A stretch of 62,904 nt of DNA, counting the filler, from Choristocarpus tenellus KU-1152 (taxonomy: Eukaryota > Protista > Phaeophyceae): NCBI GenBank assembly GCA_964200185.2. It is 11 parts of 11 records of this genome, joined end to end, with 100 filler letters (N's around TTAATTAATTAA, not from the genome) between each part and the next. Parts side by side here need not be neighbours in the genome. Positions count along the whole stretch, not along the records: positions 1 to 5,893 come from CAXNAD020009484.1; positions 5,994 to 12,899 come from CAXNAD020007091.1; 9 more parts are not named here. The stretch is one strand, 5' to 3'. The position numbers were made by a program, and so were the translations under genes. The notes below the pieces were generated by a model. It was not told the DNA's origin and made no database searches. It saw only the letters and a list, made by a program, of their open reading frames with translations. Positions 1 through 10,824 of this stretch are shown in pieces (positions within the stretch are counted from its first letter, which is position 1; every line of letters starts with the position of its first letter).

Positions 1-1819
1 CCCCCACTGCTACTGTCACCACTCCCCCTGCCCCTGCCCCAAATAACACACCTGCACAACACCATGTGCTCTTTCTGTAAAATAATATGTATGTTTTTTG
101 TCATCTTTTTGTAGCAAGTAGAGGTGTGATTGTATCCTGTGATTCAGGCGCTCTTTTTGCTTTGATCCCCCTTTTTTATTTTTAACTCTGTTGTGTCCTT
201 GCTTACACACCTTTTGTTTGCTTTTTTCTTGCCACAAAACCCCCCCAAAAAAGTGTGGTCGGCGGATGACTGGTACAAGAACACATTGCAAGAAGGGGAT
301 GATACGGCACAGCTTGCTGGGGACGAGCTTGACCCTGCAGATGGCCTAGAACCTCTTTCAGCAGCAACAGTACTTTGAGGATGCCCTTTAGTGTCTTCCC
401 CTTTCAGTGCAGCAGGAATTGCATTTTTTTTTATGTCCCTCCCTCTATCATGCTGCAGGGGGCGTGGATGGGGATGTGGTTCGGTGGGCAGGAGGTCGAT
501 CCTTTTGCAGACTTGGGACTTTATTTGAGGGTTGCATTGCGAGGGAGCGATGACGTAGATTATAGTGGTGTAGCATTGGTATATATAGAAGTTTGCACAA
601 CAGCAAGGTCTTTTCATCTGTTTTGTGAGTGACATAGGTTGGGTCATCCCGAATATTGCTACTGTTTTTAGGTATTATTGTTTTTTTTAACTTGGCAGAA
701 CTCTTGTGTTTCAGATTAATACATGTGTGCATGCGGAGAGAGAGAGATTGTGTGTGTGTTGGGGAGGGGTTCGGCAAGGACTTTCTTTCCTCTGTTCTAT
801 TATTTTGGGAAGGGACAGCTGTGATGGGGGGTTGTATCATGGAAAATGGATACTTGAGGTCTCTGGTTGTTTTTGCTGTGCTGAAAACAAAGTTTAGAAC
901 CCTTGTGTTTATGTACAAGAGAACAGAGCTAGGAAATAGGAGTCCCACTGAAGTCAGCCTTGGGATTGGTGGATCACAAACGGATTGTGGTTTGTCAAAA
1001 AGGACAATCGGAGGGTACACGAGCTCCTTTCACAAGCATCTGCCAAGATTTTGTGTTGTAGACGTGTAGTGCTGTATCTAGGGCTCCATGGGAGTACTAA
1101 AAGGGAAGTTTGTGCCGGTTTCATACCATTGTATATAGGCCAAGCAAGAATATTAGAATGAATCGCTCATGGAAAACCAAAATCCCAACATTGAAATTGT
1201 TTTTAGTCCACTCTGATATTTTGGAGGTGGGGATAAAGGCGACCATAGCAAACATGAACTGAATCTGTGCACAAATGTCATCAGTGCTCCAACGCTGTGG
1301 TTGTATTGCTTACAACGAAGGTCTTGCTTTGCCAAGGTTTTTTACGGCACTACTATTGGCAGACAGTTAACCCCTAGAGCCTTAGACACTGTTGTACCTC
1401 AAGTTGAGGAATGAAGAGTGGGAACTCATTTCAGCAAGTGTCTCTGTAGTTGTCATTGGTAGAATCCACACTCCCATCTTTGAGGCAAACACTGAAATCT
1501 TGGACACTACTAGTACCTTGAAATCATCGATCTACGCATGAAGGGCCTCATATCAATTCCAGTGGATAGTAGCTGGACACACACCATCAGGTTGAGACAC
1601 TTGTTACTTGCACATACCTGTTATTGGATGAGTCATGTGCCACACACTCAATTCTGAGTGTTAAGTGTGCCAGTTCACGACACAAAGTGAATAGCTGAAA
1701 ATGTACACAACAAAAATTGTGCTGGCTCACAGGCGGTACTCAGTACCTACTTAAAAGGGTTACGGTTTAGTAGGTAGCAACTTCACTATGAGGTACAGCT
1801 TACATATATCCTGACGGAA

Positions 1820-2079
1820 GAGTGAAACTTTCTTAGAGGGTACGATTTTTTCCCTGCTTGTCCATTTGTGGGGCTTGGCTTCCCATAGGTTTTTTTATGA
1901 CATTTTCCGAGTCCAAAATGTTTCGGAGTAGGTAAAATGTATACGTTATGAAAGGTGTGTCCGAAACATAGATATTGCCACTTCCTAACAAACGCGATAG
2001 CCAAAATTTCATCAAAATCACAACATTGTATTTTGACTCCCAAATGGACGCGGCTCTACCCTCTAAGATACTTTGGCTC
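1820..2079 (-). mobile_element. MITE family A (about 260 bp, Sola2-like GAG...CTC termini), copy 1
   Basis: Ends GAGTGAAAC(T)TTCTTAGAGGGTA / TACCCTCTAAGATACTTTGGCTC; 4-bp TSD GGAA. Confidence 0.9.
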
Positions 2080-3082
2080 GGAAGCAGTATGTGGGGATTG
2101 GGTCTACTTGGCATTTAAAAGCGTCAAACGTATCCTAGAAGGTGACACACTTGGCGTATTACTTGGTCTTTCAAGATTGGCAAGGTCACGGAAGAAATAA
2201 TCAACGTAACCCTAACCTAACCCTGTAGCGTCAATACTTCCTAGATAGAGTACATACTTGCGATATTATGATCAAATTAGTAATATGAGAGCTGTGTTAC
2301 AAATCCCTTCTTCGTGTCTTTCGTTCAACCAAGTGCTGCACAGGCTCGCCCACATGCCCTTCCACTGTAGTGCGCTTGCATGAGACTCTTAAAGTACCTG
2401 AAATGTAAATCGAAAGTGTTCTTGGCGCTGACTCGAGGGAGGGCTCCACGATTGGTTGTACCCATATATTGGCTTTGTAGCTAATAGTGGAACACCATTT
2501 ATAATAATACTAAATATTAGTGACGACTAGGTGAAACAATCTGTTTTGGGTGCTAACTCTCTCGGTACTCTAAAACACTATCATGCTAGCGAGATGAAAG
2601 TCTGTTGCACTTGCAAAATAATCTCAACAGCATATTTTTACATGTGTAATTTGCAACTGCGACAATGATTATACTCAATAAAAGAAGTTGGCTAGGTAGT
2701 AATGGCGGGATGGGGTGGTATCGTAGACATACGCGTCAAGATCTCGTAGAAACTTGTTTTCGTCTGTGAGATTGTATCAACTACTGCTATATTGTGAAAG
2801 GTTTTTCATCCGTTTCGAACCACTGTTATACGGATTGCTGAAATTGACATGTCCGAGAGTGAATTTTATAAGGAACCTGGGGGTAACCAAACCATTCTTA
2901 CGTTGTCTGTGGGAGGATACCGTTTTAGCGAGTGTACCTTTGGTAGTGTACTTCACATGAGAATTCAGACATCATGTCAGTTTGTTTTGAATGATTTTAT
3001 ATTATTATTATGAAGTATCATATGCATATGTTGTTGACACAATAATGTATGTGTTGAAGATGATAAAGCAATTTCCATTCGA

Positions 3083-3155
3083 GCCGGAGTAGCTCAGTCG
3101 GTAGAGCGTACGACTTTTAATCGTATGGTCGTGGGTTCGAGCCCCACCTTCGGTG
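3083..3155 (+). tRNA. tRNA-Lys (anticodon TTT)
   Basis: 73-nt cloverleaf: acceptor GCCGGAG/CTTCGGT, D arm AGCTCAGTCGGTAGAGC, anticodon arm TACGA-CTTTTAA-TCGTA, T loop GGTTCGAGCC; T5 Pol III terminator about 8 nt downstream. Confidence 0.96.
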
Positions 3156-3534
3156 ATGACATGTTTTTGCTGAATATTCTTGTACTCAGCAGTAGATGAA
3201 GAGTAGGACAATTTTGGGGGATATCCATTTTTCACATACATAACGTACCTACTTTGTTAGAATATGCTTAACCTCTTCAGTATCAATATTATGGGGCTCT
3301 AACATTTCAACTAGCAAGGTGGGTAGATAATGATAGATGATATCATGCCAACATTTACTATCTGGAACCTGTTTGTGGGTTCAAGAATAAATTCAGATAA
3401 AAATAGATCATGCAGGTCAAGGTACCACGACAGAGTATCAAACCTATAGTACCTGAGGAACACAGGCATCCGATATTTTGCATATGTGTCAAGAAAAAAA
3501 CAAAACCAATACTATATTTCAAGGACTACAGTAA

Positions 3535-4108
3535 TGTTACAGGCGAATAGCTCGAGCGTTTCTTCTTGTATTCCAACGAAGTGCGAGCATTTGTTACATG
3601 CGAATAGCGCGAACATTTTCTCCTCATGTTTTAGTATAGTGTGAGGATTGTTTCTCGAGTTCTGACAAGTACGAACTATGTACGATTTAAGTAACTCATA
3701 GGTAGCCTTCCAGAATATATGTTGATTTCGTAGAAGATGCATGAATATTCGGAATACCAACGTAACATTACAGAAGAAAATGTCAAAGTTCCTAAGAAGT
3801 TGAAAAATAAAGGCTTATGATTGAAGTACCTATAGAACAGTTGATAGAAGACCAAAGAAATTGGGTGGATGATGAAAATAATAAGAGGGCTTTTAGTGGA
3901 AACACTTTTACCCCTGTTATCCCAGTCTTATCTTTTGAACGAAATATTGAGTCGAGCTTTGAGCTAAGCACTGAGTGGAGTATCAAGAGAAGGCTATCTG
4001 ACACCCTCAAACTGTTGTAAAAGGCAACGCCCCCATAGCGTCATTTTAGGGTCGTTGGATTTGAGTTGTACAACCTGTGGAGGTGAGTTCTGAGGGGCGT
4101 CTGTAACA
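3535..4108 (+). mobile_element. Solo LTR of the Gypsy family seen at 24-30.6 kb
   Basis: TGTTACAGGCG...CGTCTGTAACA termini; 4-bp TSD GTAA; homologous to the PPT-preceded LTR at 25185-25774. Confidence 0.88.
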
Positions 4109-4189
4109 GTAAATACGATATAGTTGTTTTCAATGCTAAGATGCCTCTCTACAAAATACCAGTACATGTTATTTGGAAACTAACGATAC

Positions 4190-4475
4190 AGCACCTCACC
4201 CTGGGGTACAGAACTAAGCTACGTTGGAGGTACAGGAGGGCAGTGGTGTAGCATAGCTGATGGTCAAATAGTAATAGATAACTGAAAAATATCTTTCACA
4301 TTTACGACAACTGTTGCCTTTTTTGGTGTTGTTCTAACATTTGAATGGTTTTTCGTTGTTTTTTCCCATGACACATCGGCAAAATGCCAGAGGGCGTTAT
4401 AATAAATACAGGCGAATATTTTTTCTTTGTTTTTTCCCATGACGCATCTGCGAAATGTCAGAGGGCATAATAATA
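4190..4475 (+). mobile_element. Non-LTR retroposon 3' end, with the terminal segment present twice
   Basis: CCTCACCCTGGGGT matches the copy at about 18146; two copies of TGAC(A/G)CATC.GC.AAATG.CAGAGGGC + ATAATAA. Confidence 0.6.
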
Positions 4476-4680
4476 TACTACCTCATAAGTTTGTGCCACA
4501 AAACAACTGGCTTCACGAGCAAGAACGGTGCTGACTCAGACGATAACCCTACAGAATGAAATGGGGTTGGCAATCTCAGCTTTCAGAATAGGTGGGGGTC
4601 GAGAATCATCAGGTTCAAACTCGAGGTGCTTCAAGTCGTCAAAGTAGGGGTCTTTTTGGGGTGATTTTCAGCCCAGAACT

Positions 4681-4939
4681 GTGTGAAAGTATCTTAGAGG
4701 GTACGAGGTTTGCCCTGTTTGCCCATGTGGGACTTGGCTCCTCTCGGGGTTTTTATGACATTTTCCTACCCAGAAATGTTTCGGAGTAGGTAAAATGTAT
4801 ACGTTATGAAAAGGTGTGTAGGGAACAAGTATATTGACACTTCCTTAACAAACACGATAGCCAAAAATACATAAAAATGGCAACATTGGAATTTGGTCCC
4901 CAAATGGACCCGGATCTACCCTCTAAGATACTTTGGCTA
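4681..4939 (-). mobile_element. MITE family A copy 2
   Basis: Same TIRs and interior as copy 1; TSD AACT. Confidence 0.9.
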
Positions 4940-5289
4940 AACTGGGCACATCGAGGGTCAGAACATCGGCATGGCAACCTCCCCGTCGACCCCCCCAGGT
5001 AGGAAGGGTGCCCAAGTATCCCTGCTTGCACTTGCAGTGCGGCATGTCCTCGCGATGTGGTCCCTGATGAGCATAAACTGCCGCGACACGTTGGGCCGGC
5101 CCTTGCAGCAGAGTTTGGAGTATCCAAGCGTTACATGTAAGGGCTCTGGGAGGACGTCACCGATCAGCTCGCTCGTGGCCACACACTTGACCTAGGTGTG
5201 GCGGCACATAATGGGTGGCCTTCGGAGGTAACACCGACCCGGATGGCCGCAATACATAGTATCAATTCCGATAATCGGTCATCCACAGT

Positions 5290-5860
5290 TGGTCAGGTTA
5301 CAATGAAGATGGTCGCCAAGGGGCTGAATTATAGCATGAGCACCATAAACAGGTGGTTGTGATATGGGGACCATGCCAAATCGCCGCTGGATCAAATCCA
5401 AGATTAAATCGTGGCAAAAGATATGGAGAATGAACTTTGTTGCGATCAAGTGGACCAGAAACGTTGTGTGTGCGCCTCCATGGTGAACAAGATCCATGTG
5501 ACCGAAACCTTGCTTTATGCGATGACTGATGGGGAAAGGGTTTGGGTATTCTGCATGAGGATGATAGCAACCTTCCAGGATCCCCTACTGTGCAGAGCAA
5601 GAGTCATATCCCCAAAACCATGATCGTTGCAGCCAACACCTGCCCAGATTCGGCTCAGAGCTTTGATCGAAAGCTTGGTGTTTGGCGTGTGTGTGCCCAA
5701 AAACAGCAGACAGGACAAGCAAGAACCATAAAAAAGGGGATGTGTATGAGCAGGACTGTACTTTAGACCATTTGTGGTACAGGAAGTGGTACACGGAGGA
5801 GTTCCTGCTTGCAATCAAGACCAAGATGCATTAGTTGCAGGGGAAGCATGTTGTCGTTCA
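5290..5860 (+). pseudogene. Decayed Tc1/mariner transposase (plant-type DD39D-like)
   Basis: Frameshifted peptides IHV(T)ETLLYAM, TVQSKSHIPKTMIVAAN..FDRKLGVWRV, RTSKNHKKGDVYEQD, LAIKTKM..KHVVVQ resemble VHVDEKWFY / KSKRFITKVMFLAAV..FDGKIGIW / VQQDNA motifs. Confidence 0.7.
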
Positions 5861-5893
5861 GGGTCAAAGTATCTGGGGGAGGGGTGTCGGCAC
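5861..5893. mobile_element. MITE family B end cut by the contig break. Also at 12829-12899, 23998-24048, 44767-44822, 49356-49375
   Basis: G(G/A)(C/G)(T/C)CAAAG(T/C)ATCTG + G-run terminus immediately before a linker. Confidence 0.8.
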
Positions 5894-5993
5894 NNNNNNN
5901 NNNNNNNNNNNNNNNNNNNNNNNNNNNNNNNNNNNNNTTAATTAATTAANNNNNNNNNNNNNNNNNNNNNNNNNNNNNNNNNNNNNNNNNNNN
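5894..5993. other. Artificial contig linker N44-TTAATTAATTAA-N44. Also at 12900-12999, 16507-16606, 24049-24148, 30642-30741, 33532-33631, 44823-44922, 49376-49475, 54869-54968, 60109-60208
   Basis: Ten identical 100-nt blocks with a palindromic 12-mer containing repeated TAA stops on both strands. Confidence 0.98.
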
Positions 5994-6765
5994 AAAGGAC
6001 ATATCCCGGGCCCTTCCAAGTGCAAAAACAGTTGCAAAAAAAAACCTTTCGGTACTTTTTCAAGGCCGTTTTCGCAGAACAACCATCCTCATAGCCCTGC
6101 TCCATCCTCAATTCTTAAAATCCACTGTTACGTGCCTGGTTCTGGACAAGCAAGACTCAGCGCCCATACTGACGAGAGACTCAACTTTGAGGAGCAACCT
6201 TGGCCAATTCCTGATCGTGAGTGACCCTCTACTTCACGAATCAAGACACATGTCTTGACAGACACGTTGATCTGGAGAGATCGGACATTCTCTAAATCAA
6301 CGGATTTATACATTTGGTATATTAATCCTTAATATCTTCCTGATGAGTTTGTGTCTATGTGTCCTCATACGCATGCTTTTATTAGGCTGATGGCAACCTG
6401 GAATTCATCTTGATTAGTGTGTTCTGCCACTATCCTCTAACGCTCTTACTGACATGCCCCAATCCTTTTCCCTCCCCTCTTTATGTTGATCGGACCACAG
6501 AGCAATTGACAAAAACCTTGCTAAAACTACGTTGACGCAGAAGCATCTCGTACTCCGTACCATCTTCAGCGCAAGTTGAGATTTTCACAACAGATGACCC
6601 CTCTTCCACACCTAATCCAAACGGCAGCAACCATCCCAGCTCCAAACTTTGAACCCAACGGCAACTTCCCTGAGCCACAATATCATAGTCTACACCCACT
6701 CAAGCGCCAAGCGCAGGTCCTAAAGGCATTTTATTCCAAAATACATCAAAAAAAGGACGGTGACT

Positions 6766-6941
6766 GGCTCAAAGTATTTGGGGGGGGTGGTGGCTGTCCA
6801 TTTGGGGTCAATTTTTTCATGTCGCGATTTTTGGGTGATTTGGTTGCATATGTCGGATGGATAATGTAAATGAACATTTCCTGTTTTGTCAAAATGGACA
6901 CTCTGGTGTAGACCCCCCCCTCCCTCCAGGTACTTTGAGTC
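6766..6941 (+). mobile_element. MITE family B (about 180 bp, G/C-tract TIRs)
   Basis: GGCTCAAAGTATTTG(G)n...(C)nAGGTACTTTGAGTC; interior matches 23406, 44925 and 49044 copies; no clear TSD. Confidence 0.85.
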
Positions 6942-9064
6942 TTTTTATTGCCATGTGGAATACGGCATGGGCACTCCTGAAGTCTATGTGTTCCAGACAA
7001 TATTGATTGCATTGGGTTACCAACGCTGTCATGAGCGAGTAACTCTCGGAGTCCTCACCCGTATCCTGCAGTTAGGCACGGGACCTATCACATTTGAAGT
7101 CACGCTTTATACTTCATAATGGCTCTAACCCAACACACCATCCTTTGGAATATGTCAAGGACGTTGAGTACGTGTGATTTGCTGGCCACCATGCCCTCTC
7201 CGATTGATATGGAGTCAGCCTTCTCGCGGCTGCACTGTAGAAATTCTTGCACATGAATCTCCTGTTCTCGCTTCTCTAAAGGATCACTGTGACGTCTGAG
7301 GCCCATCGTGTTGTGATGTGGGCTGGGAGGTTGATGCTGCATGGACCTCTTTGGCCACGCTTTTGATGAACCTTAACAGCATGATCCTATGCAGTCCATT
7401 CAAGCAAAATAAGAGGTTATCCTCGTCATGCGGATCCCTATCTTCGCCATCCTCATCTACTTCTATGTGGTTGTTCCCAATGTAGTATGCAAGCAGTTCG
7501 CTGCCGGGCACATCAGAGGGGACCTTCGAATGTTGGCCTTGAACTTATGGATTCTCTTCCATCGTGAGCACAAAGAGAAAGGCTGCGCACTCAGGATTGC
7601 CGCGAGCTTGTCGGCGGCATTTTGTGTGTCCGGGTCTAGCTTTTAAAACATTGGTTCTACCCTCCCCTTATCAAGGAGATTGGTATTGTACTTCTGGGAC
7701 ACGAAAGCAGATGTGGCGAGGTTGAACGTACGGGTCGTGCTGAGGGTTGTCATGAACAACTCTGTCGTCTTTTCCTCTTCAGATTTGTTGGGGCTCCCTG
7801 ATGGCTGCCTGTGTTTGTAGAGAGTGATATTTTATGGTAACGGTATCAACAAACGAAAAGGTTCTCCATGCAGGGATGGATACTATTGTTGGGCAACGAC
7901 AGCAAGGATGTCGTTGCAGAAACAATGGCAAAGGATGCAATCGATGATGACGGGATCAATAGTGAATGCGAGGTTCGTGTTCATGCGTGGGCTAGCCAAA
8001 CGTTTCATCTTATGGGCGAAGCTCTGTTGTTGTCATGAAGACGGTCTAGCGTTTTTCGCTGCGAATTGTGAACATGTGTCGAACGATAAACCCCACTGAA
8101 TCGGAAGGAATATGGAATGTAAGAACGCAACAATTTCATATACTCAGAGGAAAGGTATTTATGCACTGAACTGGGTTAGATGTGGGGAGGGCAACCACGC
8201 ACTGGTTTGTGTTTGACATAGGCCAGACAGTAACGAAGTAATTTGACATGGCAAACACGGTTGGGGGTGGTGTGCACTGATTTGGAACAACCATGGAAAG
8301 CATGAAAACATAAGTTGAAACGCGAACGTGAAAGAATGAATGTACCAGTTTGAAACACATATCAAGGGTGTCACCAGGTAGCATTCGATAGAAGGGTCTT
8401 GTGGTACGTGGATTAGGATCGTGGAATCCTAATTCCATTTCGGATCAGTTGTCAGATTACTCTCTACATATGTCACTGCAGCCCAAGTTCCAGTTTGGGT
8501 TACGTTCGGTTGAATGCGCTGGAATAATCTCTGACAATAGCCGGTGCATTACCAGTATGTCGACATGTTATATGTAAGGTGAAATATGTCTCTTCGCGGT
8601 CTGGGTTGAATGTTAGTCATATGGATAATTAGTGTTGGGTGATTAGCGTGTAAGGGTCATGGGCATTGGTTTCAGGGCTTACATTGTTGGCATCTGGGGT
8701 GGGTGGGGTGATTAGGGTGGGATGGAGGCTTTGGATGGTGGGCTAGCGACAAGTTATGGTGTGTGTGGTGCTCTGACAAGAGAATTAAGAGATTACACGA
8801 TTAGAAATCGCTACAAATGCGTATGGTATTTCGACGTCCGGTCGGTCTTGGGTTAGGCCCAACGAAAAATGCGGGCGGGGTAAGTGACGGTGGCACTGCC
8901 GGTGGCAGACGGTTTATGAACGGTTTTGACAAAACAAATTAGAGAGCATTGTGTAGTGATGGTGGTGCGACGACTATGTACGGCTGGGATAGAACGAGTT
9001 CCACTGCAGATGGAATATCGAGGGTTGGGGTTGGCCAGGTTTATGGGACCAGTTCAGACACCTT

Positions 9065-10131
9065 GTGTGTACACGATGACAGTGGTAATAGATACTAGGC
9101 ATTGAGTATAGATGTTGATGATAGGACTATTGGTAGGTAGTGTGTACACGGTCTGACTGATGATAAATACTGGGCATTGAGTATTAATGTTGGTGGGACC
9201 ACTACACAGACAGTTGGTGTGTAGACGGTTCTAACGGAAATAAACACAGGGCATCGAAGTAGCAATGTTGATGATACCACTATTGACAGATGAGGGGTAC
9301 GCGGTTCTAACAGTGACAAATACAGAGCGTCGAAGTAGCAACGTTGGTGATACCACTATTGGCAGCCGAGGGGTACACGGTTCTAACAGTAATAAATACA
9401 GGGCATCGAAGTAGCAATGTTGGTGATACCACTATTGACAGCTGGTGTTTACACGGTTCTAACGGTAATAAATACAAGGTATCAAAGTAGCAATGTTGGT
9501 GATACCACCATTGACAGCTGGTGGTGTGTTCACGGTTCTAATGGTAATAAATACAGGGCATTGATTTAGCAATGTTGGTGATATCACTATTGACAGCTGG
9601 TGTGCACACGGTTCTAATTGTAATAAATACTAGGCGTCGAAGTGGCAATGTCGTGATACCACTCTTGGCAGCCGAGGGGTACACAGTTCTAATTGTAATA
9701 AATACGGGGCATTGAAGTAACAGTATTGGTGATACCACTATTGACAGCTGGTGTGTTCACGGTTCTAACGGTAATAAATACAGGGTATTGAAGTAGCAAT
9801 GTTGGTGATACCATGATTTACAGCTGGTGATGTGTACACGGTTGCAATGGTAATAAATACAGGACATCGACGTAGCAATGTTGGTGATATCACTATTGAC
9901 AGTTGGTGTATACACGGTTCTAATGGTAATAAATACAGGACATCGACGTAGTTATGTTGGTGATATCACTATTGACAGCTGGTGTGTACACGGTTCTAAC
10001 AATGATAAATACAGGGCATCGAAGTAGCAATGTTGGTGATACTACTATTGATAGCTGGTGTGTACACGGTTCTAACAGTAATATATTCTGGGCATTGAGT
10101 AGTGATGTTGGTGGGACCACTATTGACAGCT
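9065..10131. repeat. 76-bp minisatellite, about 14 units
   Basis: GGTTCTAA anchor (with variants) at 9227, 9303, 9379, 9455, 9534, 9610, 9685, 9761, 9840, 9916, 9992, 10068; period 75-79. Confidence 0.95.
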
Positions 10132-10567
10132 GCTTCGTACAAGATCCGAATGCAAATGAACAGAGATAGATGCGCAGAGACGTGTGGTTGTGTTCACGAC
10201 CGAAAAAAGCGAAATGAGGGGTGGATATGTGACCAAATTGTTCAGCATTGCACATGTCGCCAATCTTGGGCTATTGTGAGCATTTACTGCCTGGATTTCA
10301 AACCGCCATGACATGGAGGCCTCTTCATGTACATGAAAAAAATCGTCGCAGGTGTTGACAGGCCCATGCTATATACGCCAGATAGACATACCGGCGTATA
10401 TTGTAGCTACGCTGATTTTGACGCGAAATTGCTTTCATTCGGAATTGTATCTGGAGGTTCCGAAAGTTATTTACACAGTTGGCAATATAGCAGTGGAGGT
10501 CCAAATTGGTGTGGTCGTAGACCTGAAAACCTTTGTACATAACGCGATGGGGTATCAATCGCTACCA

Positions 10568-10824
10568 GAGCCAAAGTATCTGAGAGGGTAGGACCGCGTC
10601 CATTTGGGGGTCAAAATCCAATGTTCCGATTTTGATGTAATTTTGGCTATCGTGCTTTTAAGAAGTGTCAGTGTCCTTGTTCCAGACACACCATTTCATA
10701 ACGTGTACTTTTTACCTACTCCAAAACATTTTGGAGTTGAAAATTTCATTATAATATCCATGGTAAGCCAAGTCCCAAATGGACAAAGAGGGCAAAACTC
10801 GTACCCTCTAAGATACTTTCACTG
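10568..10824 (+). mobile_element. MITE family A copy 3
   Basis: TIRs; TSD ACCA. Confidence 0.9.

Noticed and set aside
144-1380. Overlapping 130-190 aa ORFs at the window start
   Set aside because: No recognisable motif or consistent splice model; left uncalled
1786-2200. Recurring small ORFs such as MGVKIQC../PKHFG../PKWTRLYPLRYF as a protein family
   Set aside because: They are incidental translations of the non-coding MITE A
4671-4947. Palindromic target GCCCAG-AA-CTGGGC at MITE copy 2 as a hairpin-targeting rule
   Set aside because: Not evident at the other insertion sites
5938-5949. Recurrent TTAATTAATTAA palindrome as a biological motif
   Set aside because: Always centred in 44+44 N; a concatenation linker
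9065-10131. Possible CRISPR array
   Set aside because: The whole 76-bp unit repeats with no unique spacers; no cas genes; eukaryotic context
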